Shown here one piece after another: positions 33,594 through 41,063 of a stretch of DNA of 41,063 nucleotides (the stretch's first letter is position 1; every line of letters starts with the position of its first letter). Below the pieces are notes generated by a model, which was not told the origin of the DNA, ran no database searches, and saw only the letters and a list, made by a program, of their open reading frames with translations. The stretch is from contig JBJHDK010000014.1 in assembly GCA_050486505.1 (NCBI GenBank), positions 1-41,063 on the forward strand. The letters are read 5' to 3'. Source of the DNA: Fibrobacteria bacterium. GTDB taxonomy: Bacteria; Fibrobacterota; Fibrobacteria; UBA11236. Made by a program: the position numbers and the translations under genes.

Positions 33594-34673
33594 TCAGGCA
33601 GGCCGCACCTTCCAATCGAAGTCGTAGCCCGTCAGCAGATTCGTCGTTCCCGGCTCAAGCGGAATCCTCGGGGCCTCGTAGATCGCCACGTTGCGCAGGC
33701 CTTCCGGAAGTCCCGCGACGTTCGCCTCGTTCGAGACGCGCGGAAAGGTTCCCGGCGGGGCGGGGTAGTTGTATGCGAAGGTGCGTGAAGCTTCCATGCG
33801 AAAGCGCAGCGCGTCCCACAGGCCCTGGGGCGTGCCAAAGTCGAACCATGGGGTTCCAGTGATATCCACGACTCGGATGACGTCGTCGCCGGGCTGCGAC
33901 CGGCGCGCCAGGGTGTCGTCCACCGCGGCGGGGCCCCCCCCCCCCCATCCGCGGCCCCCCACGGGCGCGGGGTCTCGCTCCGGCGTCCCTGTTTTATTCT
34001 GTGTTTTTTCCAGCGCCCCTGTTTTGTCTTGCGCTTTTTCCAAAGCCCGGATCCAGTGCGGCTTGATGTCATCGGGGCCGGGTGTCACGAAATCGAGGAA
34101 CTCACGGCGGTAGAAGGCGATGCCGGCGAAGGTGAGGCGCTTCTCCTCCTGCCCTTCCGGAGGGTGGAATCCGTGGATGCCGAGGAGGGTCCCCTCCGCC
34201 GACACGGAGAGGGTGTTGGGGCCCTTCTCGAGGTGCAGCCCCGCCAGGGTCGCGAGCGCCCCGGAGTCGAGGTGTTCCTGATACAGTGCGGCGAGGTCGA
34301 TGCCGTGGATGAGGTCACCGTTGTGCACGAGGAAGTGGTCGGTTTCACGCAGCCGTTCCGCGGCGTTGGCGAGCGCGCCTCCGGTGCCGAGAATTCCCGG
34401 CTCGAAGAGCACTTCCATACGCCCGCGCCCTTCGGCTTCCCTCGACTGCGCTCGGGACGGGTCGCTCAGGGAGCGGGCGATATTTCGGATGGCGTCGGGG
34501 AGATGGTGCGCGTTCGCGAGGCGCTGCGCAGGTTGCAGCACGTCCGCGGCGCGCACGTTGATCTCCAGCGCGCTGCGCCCGAGGAACGGAATCGCGGGCT
34601 TGGGGATGCGGTCGGTGAGGGGCTTGAGCCGCGTGCCGTACCCGGCGCAGAGGAAGAAGGCGGAGAGGGACAT
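33594..34673 (-). CDS. Nucleotidyltransferase family protein, MurU-like, carrying in-frame insertions
   Basis: AFFLCAGYGTRLKPLT...PKP, NAHHL, EPGILGTGG, HNGDL, FAGI, WFDFGTP. Start moved to ATG 34673 because the upstream codons are heptamer repeat. Confidence 0.85.
   Translation of the reverse strand: MSLSAFFLCAGYGTRLKPLTDRIPKPAIPFLGRSALEINVRAADVLQPAQRLANAHHLPDAIRNIARSLSDPSRAQSREAEGRGRMEVLFEPGILGTGGALANAAERLRETDHFLVHNGDLIHGIDLAALYQEHLDSGALATLAGLHLEKGPNTLSVSAEGTLLGIHGFHPPEGQEEKRLTFAGIAFYRREFLDFVTPGPDDIKPHWIRALEKAQDKTGALEKTQNKTGTPERDPAPVGGRGWGGGGPAAVDDTLARRSQPGDDVIRVVDITGTPWFDFGTPQGLWDALRFRMEASRTFAYNYPAPPGTFPRVSNEANVAGLPEGLRNVAIYEAPRIPLEPGTTNLLTGYDFDWKVRPA
33934..34042 (-). repeat. G13 homopolymer, short palindrome and 30-bp tandem duplication inside the nucleotidyltransferase
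   Basis: C13 at 33934-33946 (plus strand); repeats 33983-34012 and 34013-34042 match at 24 of 30 positions (ALEKAQDKTG / ALEKTQNKTG). Confidence 0.85.
34428..34472. repeat. Nested REP-like palindromes inserted in frame
   Basis: CCCTTCGGCT[TCCCTCGACTGCGCTCGGGACGGG]TCGCTCAGGGA. Both the outer and inner parts resemble CCCTTCGACAAGCTCAGGGA at 24671. Confidence 0.75.
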
Positions 34674-34682
34674 CAGGGAGAA

Positions 34683-34793
34683 AGTGGACAGTGAACAGTG
34701 GGCAGTGGACAATGAAAACAAGAAGACAAGGCGCGGTATCCGGCTGGGCTGTTTGCGCGCTTATTGTCCATTGCCCATTGTCCACTGTCCATT
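34683..34793. repeat. Inverted pair of heptamer tandem arrays
   Basis: agtggac agtgaac agtgggc agtggac aatg (34683-34714) faces ttattgt ccattgc ccattgt ccactgt ccatt (34761-34793). The right arm is almost identical to 17160-17183. Confidence 0.85.
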
Positions 34794-34830
34794 TGATTTT
34801 CAGGCATCTTCCGTTCCCAGTCGCTTCGCT

Positions 34831-35949
34831 TTATTTCGGAAGAATGTCGGGGAATACCGATTCTACCGGCCCGCCGATGAGGATCTCGATCGGCAGCTTG
34901 TCGTGCTCGTACTCGTAGGGAGGTTCCTTCCACAGAAAGAACTCGTGGTAGTCTTCGCGCAACCGGTTGAGGATGTTCACCGTCGTCCAGAAGGGGAGGA
35001 AGCGTTTGCGGTCGCTGACATGGATCTGTGCGCCGCCGCAGAGTTGGCCTGCGAACTTGTGGAAGGTCGGCTGGAAGTACGCTTCGCGGAAGAACACCCC
35101 GGGCAGGCCTTCGCGGTTGAGCTTGCCGCAGAGGTCGCGCGCGTCGATCCACGGGGCGCCGAAGAGCTCGAAGGGCTTCGTGGTTCCGCGCGCCTCGGAG
35201 ACGTTGGTGGCCTCGAGCAGGCACATGCCGGGGTAGACCACGGCCGTGTCGACCGTCGGCATGTTGGGCGAGGGCAGGACCCAAGGGAGGCCGGTGTCTT
35301 CGAAGAAGCCCCCCGGTTCATACCCTTCCATGGGCAGGACGATGAGTTCGCAGTCGGGGAACGCCTCTTCGCGGAACTGGATCGCGAGCTCCCCGATGGT
35401 TTTCCCATGGCGCACGGGGATGGGGTGCAGCCCCACGAAGCTGCGGTAGGCGGGGTCGAGCACCGGGCCCTCGGTCGCGTCGCCGATGGGGTTGGGGCGG
35501 TCGAGCACGACGACGGGGATTCCGGCGCCGCCGTCCTTTCGGCAGGCCTGCATGCACAGGTACAGCGTCCAGATGAAGGTGTAGTAGCGCGCGCCCACGT
35601 CCTGCAGGTCGATGACGAGCGCGTCGAGGCCCGCGAGCATCTTCGGGGTCGGCTCCCGGTGCTCGCCGTAGAGGCTGTGCACGGGGATTCCCCATTGCGG
35701 ATGGGTATAGCCCTCCCACTCGATCATGTTGTCCTGGGTCTGTCCGAGATACCCGTGCTGGGGCCCGAACAGGGCCGCGAGACGGAAGAGGTTTCCATCG
35801 TGCGCCTTCAGGACCTCCGCGGCATGGGTCAGGGTCGCGGAGATGGACGCAGGGTGCAAAACGGCCCCGATTTTCGCGCCTTTCAGCGCCTTCGGCCACA
35901 GTTCCGGCAGCCGGTCGAGCGGCAGTTTCACGAGGTTATTATTGCCCAC
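34831..35949 (-). CDS. namZ: Exo-beta-N-acetylmuramidase NamZ family (DUF1343)
   Basis: LFGPQHG, SLYG, DLQDVGARYYTF, VLDRPNP, WVLPSPNMPT, EATNVSEARGTTKPFE. No signal peptide. Confidence 0.9.
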   Translation of the reverse strand: MGNNNLVKLPLDRLPELWPKALKGAKIGAVLHPASISATLTHAAEVLKAHDGNLFRLAALFGPQHGYLGQTQDNMIEWEGYTHPQWGIPVHSLYGEHREPTPKMLAGLDALVIDLQDVGARYYTFIWTLYLCMQACRKDGGAGIPVVVLDRPNPIGDATEGPVLDPAYRSFVGLHPIPVRHGKTIGELAIQFREEAFPDCELIVLPMEGYEPGGFFEDTGLPWVLPSPNMPTVDTAVVYPGMCLLEATNVSEARGTTKPFELFGAPWIDARDLCGKLNREGLPGVFFREAYFQPTFHKFAGQLCGGAQIHVSDRKRFLPFWTTVNILNRLREDYHEFFLWKEPPYEYEHDKLPIEILIGGPVESVFPDILPK

Positions 35950-36080
35950 GGTTCGGTCCCTTCGATTGCCGCAAAAGGTAATCGGCGGGGCCGCGCCGCA
36001 GCTCTTGTCCGTGCATGGCGCATGCGACAGGATTCAATCAGTGCCCCTCCGCCTGGGCGGAGGGAGAAAAGGACAGTCAA

Positions 36081-36563
36081 ATGGCATCCCTCAACAAAGT
36101 CATGCTGATCGGCAACCTGGGCAAGGATCCCGAGGTGCGCGCGATTCCCTCGGGTGTGAAGGTGGCGAACTTTCCCATCGCGACGTCGGAGAGTTATAAC
36201 GACAAGAACGGCCAGCGCGTCGAGAAGACGGAGTGGCACAACATCGTGATGTGGCGCGGTCTCGCCGAGGTGGCGGAGAAGTATCTGAAGAAGGGGAATC
36301 CGGTCTTCATCGAGGGCAAGTTGCAGACCCGTTCGTGGGACGACCAGAACGGGCAGAAGCGTTACATGACCGAGATCGTGGCCGACAACATGGTCATGCT
36401 CGGCGGCCGCCGTGACGGTGGCGGCGGAGATTCGGAAGGCGGTTACGGGGGCGGCTCTTACGGGGGCCGTTCCGGTGGAGGGGGATACTCCCGCGGCGAA
36501 GGCGGCGGTTCCTCTTCCGGTGGCAATACTCCTCCGCCGCCTGAGGATGATTTGCCGTTCTGA
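36081..36563 (+). CDS. ssb: Single-stranded DNA-binding protein
   Basis: [29 protein letters not shown], Gly-rich linker, acidic tip DDLPF. Confidence 0.98.
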   Translation: MASLNKVMLIGNLGKDPEVRAIPSGVKVANFPIATSESYNDKNGQRVEKTEWHNIVMWRGLAEVAEKYLKKGNPVFIEGKLQTRSWDDQNGQKRYMTEIVADNMVMLGGRRDGGGGDSEGGYGGGSYGGRSGGGGYSRGEGGGSSSGGNTPPPPEDDLPF

Positions 36564-36575
36564 CGGTGTCGCTTG

Positions 36576-36600
36576 AGGGCGACCAGCAGGTCGCCCTTAC
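36576..36600 (-). repeat. GTAR-type REP-like palindrome between convergent ssb and ORF6N
   Basis: agggcgacc-agca-ggtcgccct-tac; second copy of the 9012-9039 element. Confidence 0.7.
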
Positions 36601-36641
36601 AGGACTGCGATGGCGATAAGGACTTTGCGACCCCGGCGTCG

Positions 36642-37176
36642 TCAGTCCTTCACAAACCCCATCTTCCGGTCATGCTTTTCCTCATGGGTGCCCATCAGGT
36701 ACCAGATCGCCTCGAAGATTTCGTGAAATTGTCCATCGTATTTCTCTTCGAGTTCGTCCAGTTTTTTCGCCAGTTCTTGATGTGTCGCCAGAAACTCTCG
36801 TAGGCGCGTAAAGGCCCGAATGATGGCGATGTTGACCTGGATAGCCTGCTCGCTTTTCAGCACGGACGACAGCATGGCGACGCCGTGCTCGGTGAAGGCG
36901 TAGGGCTGATACCTTCGCCCGCCGTAGCCCAAACTTGAGGTCACAAAATGTGACCTCAAGTTTTCGACCTCCTCGGGACTTAGTTGAAACATGAAATCCG
37001 TCGGAAAACGCGCAAAATTTCGCTTGACGGCTTGGTTCAGCGTTTTTGTCTTGACACCATACAACTCCGCCAGATCGCTGTCCAACAGGACCCCCGCCTT
37101 CGCGGGGGCAGGCTTTCTGCCCTCGCAGTATCAAGATGCGGGTTTCGATCCCGGTGGACTGGATAGGTTCGGACAT
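36642..37176 (-). pseudogene. ORF6N (KilA-N-like) domain DNA-binding protein, frameshifted by a 22-nt insertion
   Basis: [21 protein letters not shown] lies in one frame and [46 protein letters not shown] in another. Deleting 37092-37113 fuses them into a 170-aa ORF. Confidence 0.88.
37092..37113. mobile_element. 22-nt REP-like palindromic insertion (GCCTGCCCCCGCGAAGGCGGGG on the coding strand)
   Basis: CCCCGC-GAAG-GCGGGG hairpin sits exactly between codons AAA (K) and GTC (V) of the conserved RGQKVLLD motif. Confidence 0.8.
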
Positions 37177-37255
37177 GATTCCCCCTGGCGTGAAAGCCTT
37201 GGGGAATCTACCGCGAAACGGGAAACGGCGGCGTGACGGCGGTCACGCAGTGAGG

Positions 37256-38101
37256 CTACCCCCGCAGCCGAAACCGGAACGCCAGTCCCGCCACGAGCAC
37301 GCCCGCTGTGGAGGTCGGCGCCGGAGGCAGGTCGAACCACAGCGCCGTTGAGAACCCAAGCGCCGTGCCCGCCGCACCGACGATGGCCGCGGCCGCGAGA
37401 TAGCGCACCAGTCCCGTGGAACGCCGCTCGGTCAGCAGCGCGGGCAGGATGAGCAGCGCCGTGCACAGCACAGGCCCGATCAGCAGCACGGCGGCAGTCA
37501 CCGCGATCACCGCGATCAGGTGGAATGCAAGTGCCACGACGCGGTGGTGCCGGGCGCGCACGCGCAGCATTTCCTCGTCGAGGAAGTACGCCAGGAAGTG
37601 CCCGCGGAAGCGGACGAAGAGCGCGGTCATCGCCAACGCGAGGACGGCGGAGAAAACCAGCTCGCCGGTACCGACCGCCAGGATCTCTCCGCTCATCACG
37701 TTGAACAGGTGGGCCTGCGCCTGCGGCGAGAGCGCCATGATCAGCAACAGTGCCGCATTGCCGATTGCGAACACCGCCGCCAGCAGCAGCGCGCGCTGGC
37801 GCAGACTGATGCGCCTTGGTCCTGCGCCCGGCGGCAGTGTCGCGACGAGAACTCCCAGACCTGCCGCGATCCCCAGGAATGCTGCGGGATTATGGCTGTG
37901 GGCTTCGCCGCCACCGCCGCTCAGGCCGACGGCGGTGAACAGGGCGAGCAGGGCGGAACCGGCGGGAGGCAAGGCGATGCCGAGCAGGGACTCGTTCCGC
38001 AGATGCAGGCCCGCGCCCAGCGGCGGCAGAAGCAGGGCAAACAGAATGGCCGCGGCGAACGGCACGGCCGAAAAGGCGAGCACTGCGATGAAATCAGCCA
38101 C
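37256..38101 (-). CDS. Metal ABC transporter permease (ZnuB/MntB-like)
   Basis: Hydrophobic multi-TM protein with GEILAV, FLDEE, IGPVL..ALLILPA, FDLP motifs. GTG start 38101 overlaps the ATPase stop. Confidence 0.85.
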   Translation of the reverse strand: MADFIAVLAFSAVPFAAAILFALLLPPLGAGLHLRNESLLGIALPPAGSALLALFTAVGLSGGGGEAHSHNPAAFLGIAAGLGVLVATLPPGAGPRRISLRQRALLLAAVFAIGNAALLLIMALSPQAQAHLFNVMSGEILAVGTGELVFSAVLALAMTALFVRFRGHFLAYFLDEEMLRVRARHHRVVALAFHLIAVIAVTAAVLLIGPVLCTALLILPALLTERRSTGLVRYLAAAAIVGAAGTALGFSTALWFDLPPAPTSTAGVLVAGLAFRFRLRG

Positions 38102-38729
38102 CGGAGAGCCCCCCGTTCGCGAGGAGCAGCCGGCGCGCCGAGGGTGCCCAGTCGCGGTCATGGCTGATGGCGAGAATGGCCGTGCCATGCTCTTCACGCA
38201 GGGCGTTCACCCAGGTCTCCATGGAGGCCTCGGTCTCCGCGTCGACATTGGCGGTCGGTTCGTCAAGCAACAACACCTTGGGGGCGGAGAGCATCGCGCG
38301 TGCCAGCAGCACGCGGCGTCGCTGCCCGCCCGAAAGCTCGGAGAACCGGCGCACGGCTTCGGCTTCCAATCCGGTCCGGGCGAGCATCCCCCGCGCGGCG
38401 TTGCGATTGCGGGCCCATGCGCCGGGAACGGCAGCGCGCACCACGTCAAGCGCGGTCGCCGGCGTCTCGGACTCGATGGCCGCTTCTTGCGGCACGTAGC
38501 CCACCTCGTCCCGCTTGACGTTCCATGTCAGGGAGCCCTGCATGCGCGGAACGAGGCCCAGCAAGCCGCGCAGCAAGGTGGTCTTGCCGCTCCCGTTGCG
38601 TCCCTCGATGAGCAGGAACTCCCCGGCGAACAGTTCGAGATCGACGTTCTGAACGACGAACCCCGCGCTGGCGGGACCGTAGCCGAGGGAGAGTCCCCGT
38701 AGCTCGAGCAGGGAGGAGTTTGCGTTCAC
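38094..38729 (-). CDS. Metal ABC transporter ATP-binding protein (ZnuC-like)
   Basis: GRNGSGKTT, GYVPQ, LSGGQ, LLLDEPT, ISHD. Confidence 0.93.
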   Translation of the reverse strand: MNANSSLLELRGLSLGYGPASAGFVVQNVDLELFAGEFLLIEGRNGSGKTTLLRGLLGLVPRMQGSLTWNVKRDEVGYVPQEAAIESETPATALDVVRAAVPGAWARNRNAARGMLARTGLEAEAVRRFSELSGGQRRRVLLARAMLSAPKVLLLDEPTANVDAETEASMETWVNALREEHGTAILAISHDRDWAPSARRLLLANGGLSGG

Positions 38730-39652
38730 GGAGATTCTGCAGCCCGCAGACCCGCGAGCAATGCCCGCAAATTATACTCCTGCAGATCGATCCATGTCAT
38801 CGCATTGCGATGCGACCCCGCCATGTTAAGGAATTCGACGGGGGTGCCCCCGATGTCATCCGCGAACCTTTGGGGAAGCCTCTGGTTCTGCGCCTGGTTG
38901 TGGAGCACGAGCCTCACGTTCGCATCACGGGCCATCGCTCCGAGTTCACGAAGGTGCGCGGCGGTGGGAGGGACGCCCGGTTTCGGTTCCAGGGACCCGA
39001 TGACCTCCATGCCATAGAACTCGGCGAGGTAGGTGATGTCGGGGTGATACGAGACCACGCGAATTCCCTGTAGCGCCGCGCCGCGCTCGCGCCATGACGC
39101 TTCGAGGCTGTCGAGGCGTGCCACATAGGCGGCCAGTCGATTTCCGAAAAGCTCAGCACCGCCAGGATCGGCTTGTGTGAAGGCTTCGGCGATGTTGCGT
39201 GCCATCACGCGACCGACGTGCGGTCCCACGTTGTAGTGTGGGTTGCCGCGGGGGTGCTGCTCGCCTTCCGCACGGTCGAGGCGCGCAGGCACGCCGAGGA
39301 CGTGAATGCCGTGGTGCGTCTCGATCCATCCCGGGCCGTTCTCGCGGATGCGCGCGTTGCGCGCGCCGTTCGCCAGCGCGGGAAGCCAGGCGTGCTCCGC
39401 GTCGAGGCCGAGGCTGAGAAGCAGGTCGGCGCGGTTCAGGCGGGGCAAAAAACTCGGGCGTGCGGGCACGGCGTGAAAATCCTCGCGCCCGCTGGCAAGG
39501 ACATCGACTCGCACGCGTTCGCCGCCGATTTCGCGGGCCATGTCGCCGAGGTCGGGGATGGAGGCGACCACATTGAGGCGTGCTTCCGCGGGAGCGATCC
39601 CGAGCAGGGCCGCGGCCGCGACGAACACCCCCGTCATCATTCTGAAGTTCAT
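38726..39652 (-). CDS. Metal ABC transporter substrate-binding protein (ZnuA/TroA family)
   Basis: Signal peptide; VVAS..DL...IGG, EDFH, HPRGNPHY, VSYH, EPKPGVPPTAAHL. Confidence 0.9.
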   Translation of the reverse strand: MNFRMMTGVFVAAAALLGIAPAEARLNVVASIPDLGDMAREIGGERVRVDVLASGREDFHAVPARPSFLPRLNRADLLLSLGLDAEHAWLPALANGARNARIRENGPGWIETHHGIHVLGVPARLDRAEGEQHPRGNPHYNVGPHVGRVMARNIAEAFTQADPGGAELFGNRLAAYVARLDSLEASWRERGAALQGIRVVSYHPDITYLAEFYGMEVIGSLEPKPGVPPTAAHLRELGAMARDANVRLVLHNQAQNQRLPQRFADDIGGTPVEFLNMAGSHRNAMTWIDLQEYNLRALLAGLRAAESP

Positions 39653-40995
39653 CGTTGCGCTCCATGGGTGTGATAGCCGATGACCGCATCGTACTGCAGC
39701 AGGATGCGATGCACGGGGTCGGCGTCGCGTGTCATGCGCTCGTAGCGGCTCGCTTCGAGTCGCAGGTATTGGAAGTGGGTGATGTTCCAGGTGGCGAACA
39801 CGCCGCCGCGGCGCTTGAGGAAGGATTCGCCATCGCGTGCCTGGAAGGCCTCGCCGAATCCGCCGAAGTGCCAGCGGGCGTTGTGGCGCCAGCGTGCATG
39901 GGCGAAGGCGCCTGCCCGGGTCTCATATTCCTCCCGGATCGTTGTCGAGCTGAGCACGCGCTCGAAGCCTTCCTGGTTGACGAGTACTTCGATGCCGAAG
40001 TCGGCGCCGCGTTCGCCGCCGTGGTGCAGGGGATGCCAGAAGAAGGTGAGGTCCGCTCCGTACAATCCCTTGGCGTAGGAGAGGTCGTCGATGCGTTGCG
40101 AGCGCTTGTGGCCGTGCTGATAGAGTCCGGAGACGCCGGCGTCGAGGCTCCAGTCGAGTCCGAATTCGAACGAGGTCTTGGCGCGGGCGCCGAAGGCGAG
40201 GTCCGACAGGCGCGCGTTGGCGAAGCGGTTGCGGGGGTTGAGGCCATCGAGGCCGCGCAGGGCCAGCAGGTCTTCCTCGTAGTAGACGCCCCCGTCGGGA
40301 CAGTCCCAGTGGTCGCCGTGCGCGACGCAGTTTTCCTCCGCCGCGATTCCCTCGGGTGTGAGGGGGTCGAAGGATCCCTCGCGGAACGGGTCGGGATCGT
40401 GCGAGTGCCCCGCGATGCGGTTGTAGACGCCCCCGGAAATCTCGAGGTAGCGGTTCAGCGGCGCGAGCCACGAGAGTTCCGCGCCGGTGAGCAGAAGGCC
40501 CCCGCCCGCGTATTCATGGAAGATGCGCGGTTCGCTGGCGAAGGGCATGAAGTGCGGGTGGAACTGGCTCCAGCGTCCGAAGTTCGGGAGCATCATGCCG
40601 GCTTTGGCATGGAGGCCGCCGGGAAGGTAGGGGAAGAGCGCGTACATCTCGTGCAGCTCCGCGCCCTCGGGGGAGACGTACACGTTGGCGACGGCGGAGG
40701 CGTAGGGGTCGATGTTGGCGGAGAACTCGAGTTCGACCGCTCGCATGCGGAAGCCTTCGGTGCGCCAGGTTCCCGGGCCGGCGGCGTCGTGCGCGTCGAC
40801 GACCATGTCGGCGACAACGCCGAGGTTGGGGTTTTGCCAGGCGCCCAGCGCTCCGGAAGGCGGGGTTGTGCCGGGTGTTTCGGACTGGGCGTGGGATGGA
40901 TGGATCGAGGCGAACACCGACAAGGCGAGTGTCGCCGCGATCCCCCGAACGGAGGAGGATTCCCGAAGGGTACCCCTCCATCCAGCTTTAATCAT
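39649..40995 (-). CDS. His-rich outer-membrane beta-barrel protein associated with the metal ABC operon
   Basis: Signal peptide; NPNLGVVAD, ANIDPY, FGRWSQFHPH, C-terminal IGYHTH. ATG 40995 overlaps the upstream stop. Confidence 0.75.
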   Translation of the reverse strand: MIKAGWRGTLRESSSVRGIAATLALSVFASIHPSHAQSETPGTTPPSGALGAWQNPNLGVVADMVVDAHDAAGPGTWRTEGFRMRAVELEFSANIDPYASAVANVYVSPEGAELHEMYALFPYLPGGLHAKAGMMLPNFGRWSQFHPHFMPFASEPRIFHEYAGGGLLLTGAELSWLAPLNRYLEISGGVYNRIAGHSHDPDPFREGSFDPLTPEGIAAEENCVAHGDHWDCPDGGVYYEEDLLALRGLDGLNPRNRFANARLSDLAFGARAKTSFEFGLDWSLDAGVSGLYQHGHKRSQRIDDLSYAKGLYGADLTFFWHPLHHGGERGADFGIEVLVNQEGFERVLSSTTIREEYETRAGAFAHARWRHNARWHFGGFGEAFQARDGESFLKRRGGVFATWNITHFQYLRLEASRYERMTRDADPVHRILLQYDAVIGYHTHGAQR

Positions 40996-41063
40996 GGTCG
41001 TGATCGTGGCCGCCTTGGCCACCTTCTCCGGGAGCTTGGCCGTCCTCGCTGACGGTGACGGCG
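40988..41063 (-). CDS. 3' end of an upstream gene with a His-rich tail (partial)
   Basis: Minus-strand frame reads ...AVTVSEDGQAPGEGGQGGHDHDHD* and is coupled to the next ATG. Confidence 0.7.
   Translation of the reverse strand, partial: AVTVSEDGQAPGEGGQGGHDHDHD

Noticed and set aside
33474..33788. 104-aa plus-strand ORF at the edge of the AT-rich region
   Set aside because: TTG start with no adjacent ribosome-binding site, mostly antisense to the nucleotidyltransferase, no motifs.
37085..37120. Programmed ribosomal frameshift in ORF6N
   Set aside because: No slippery heptamer; a discrete 22-nt insertion explains the frame break exactly.
32305..37176. Prophage suggested by S74 fibre, ssb and ORF6N
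   Set aside because: No integrase, terminase, capsid or other phage genes; ssb is the housekeeping type and the fibre has a Sec-type signal peptide.

Overview
High-GC bacterial chromosomal segment, most plausibly Fibrobacterota or a related FCB-group lineage (inferred from a PorV-like barrel and secreted proteins with T9SS/FlgD-type C-terminal domains). Housekeeping genes: dnaE, lysA, the rpmH-rnpA-yidD-yidC-mnmE operon (not next to dnaA), HU/IHF, pdxA, a K+/H+ antiporter, rpe, rlmN and ssb. Accessory blocks: a surface-glycan modification cluster (YfhO-like GT-C, flippase-like protein, GT4, several SAM methyltransferases), a lower-GC two-gene secreted fibre module, a NamZ plus MurU-like peptidoglycan-recycling pair, and a His-rich metal-uptake operon. 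The most striking unannotated layer is a set of tiny palindromic REP-like elements and inverted heptamer arrays. They supply stop codons, nest inside one another, insert in frame into a nucleotidyltransferase, and frameshift an ORF6N gene by a clean 22-nt insertion. Other notable points: a PorV barrel interrupted by a 7-blade beta-propeller, a recurrent TAnnTT motif 6-8 nt before start codons (leaderless-mRNA signature), and a degenerate PHP domain in DnaE. No tRNA, rRNA, CRISPR array or transposase was seen. All family assignments come from motif recognition, not database searches.
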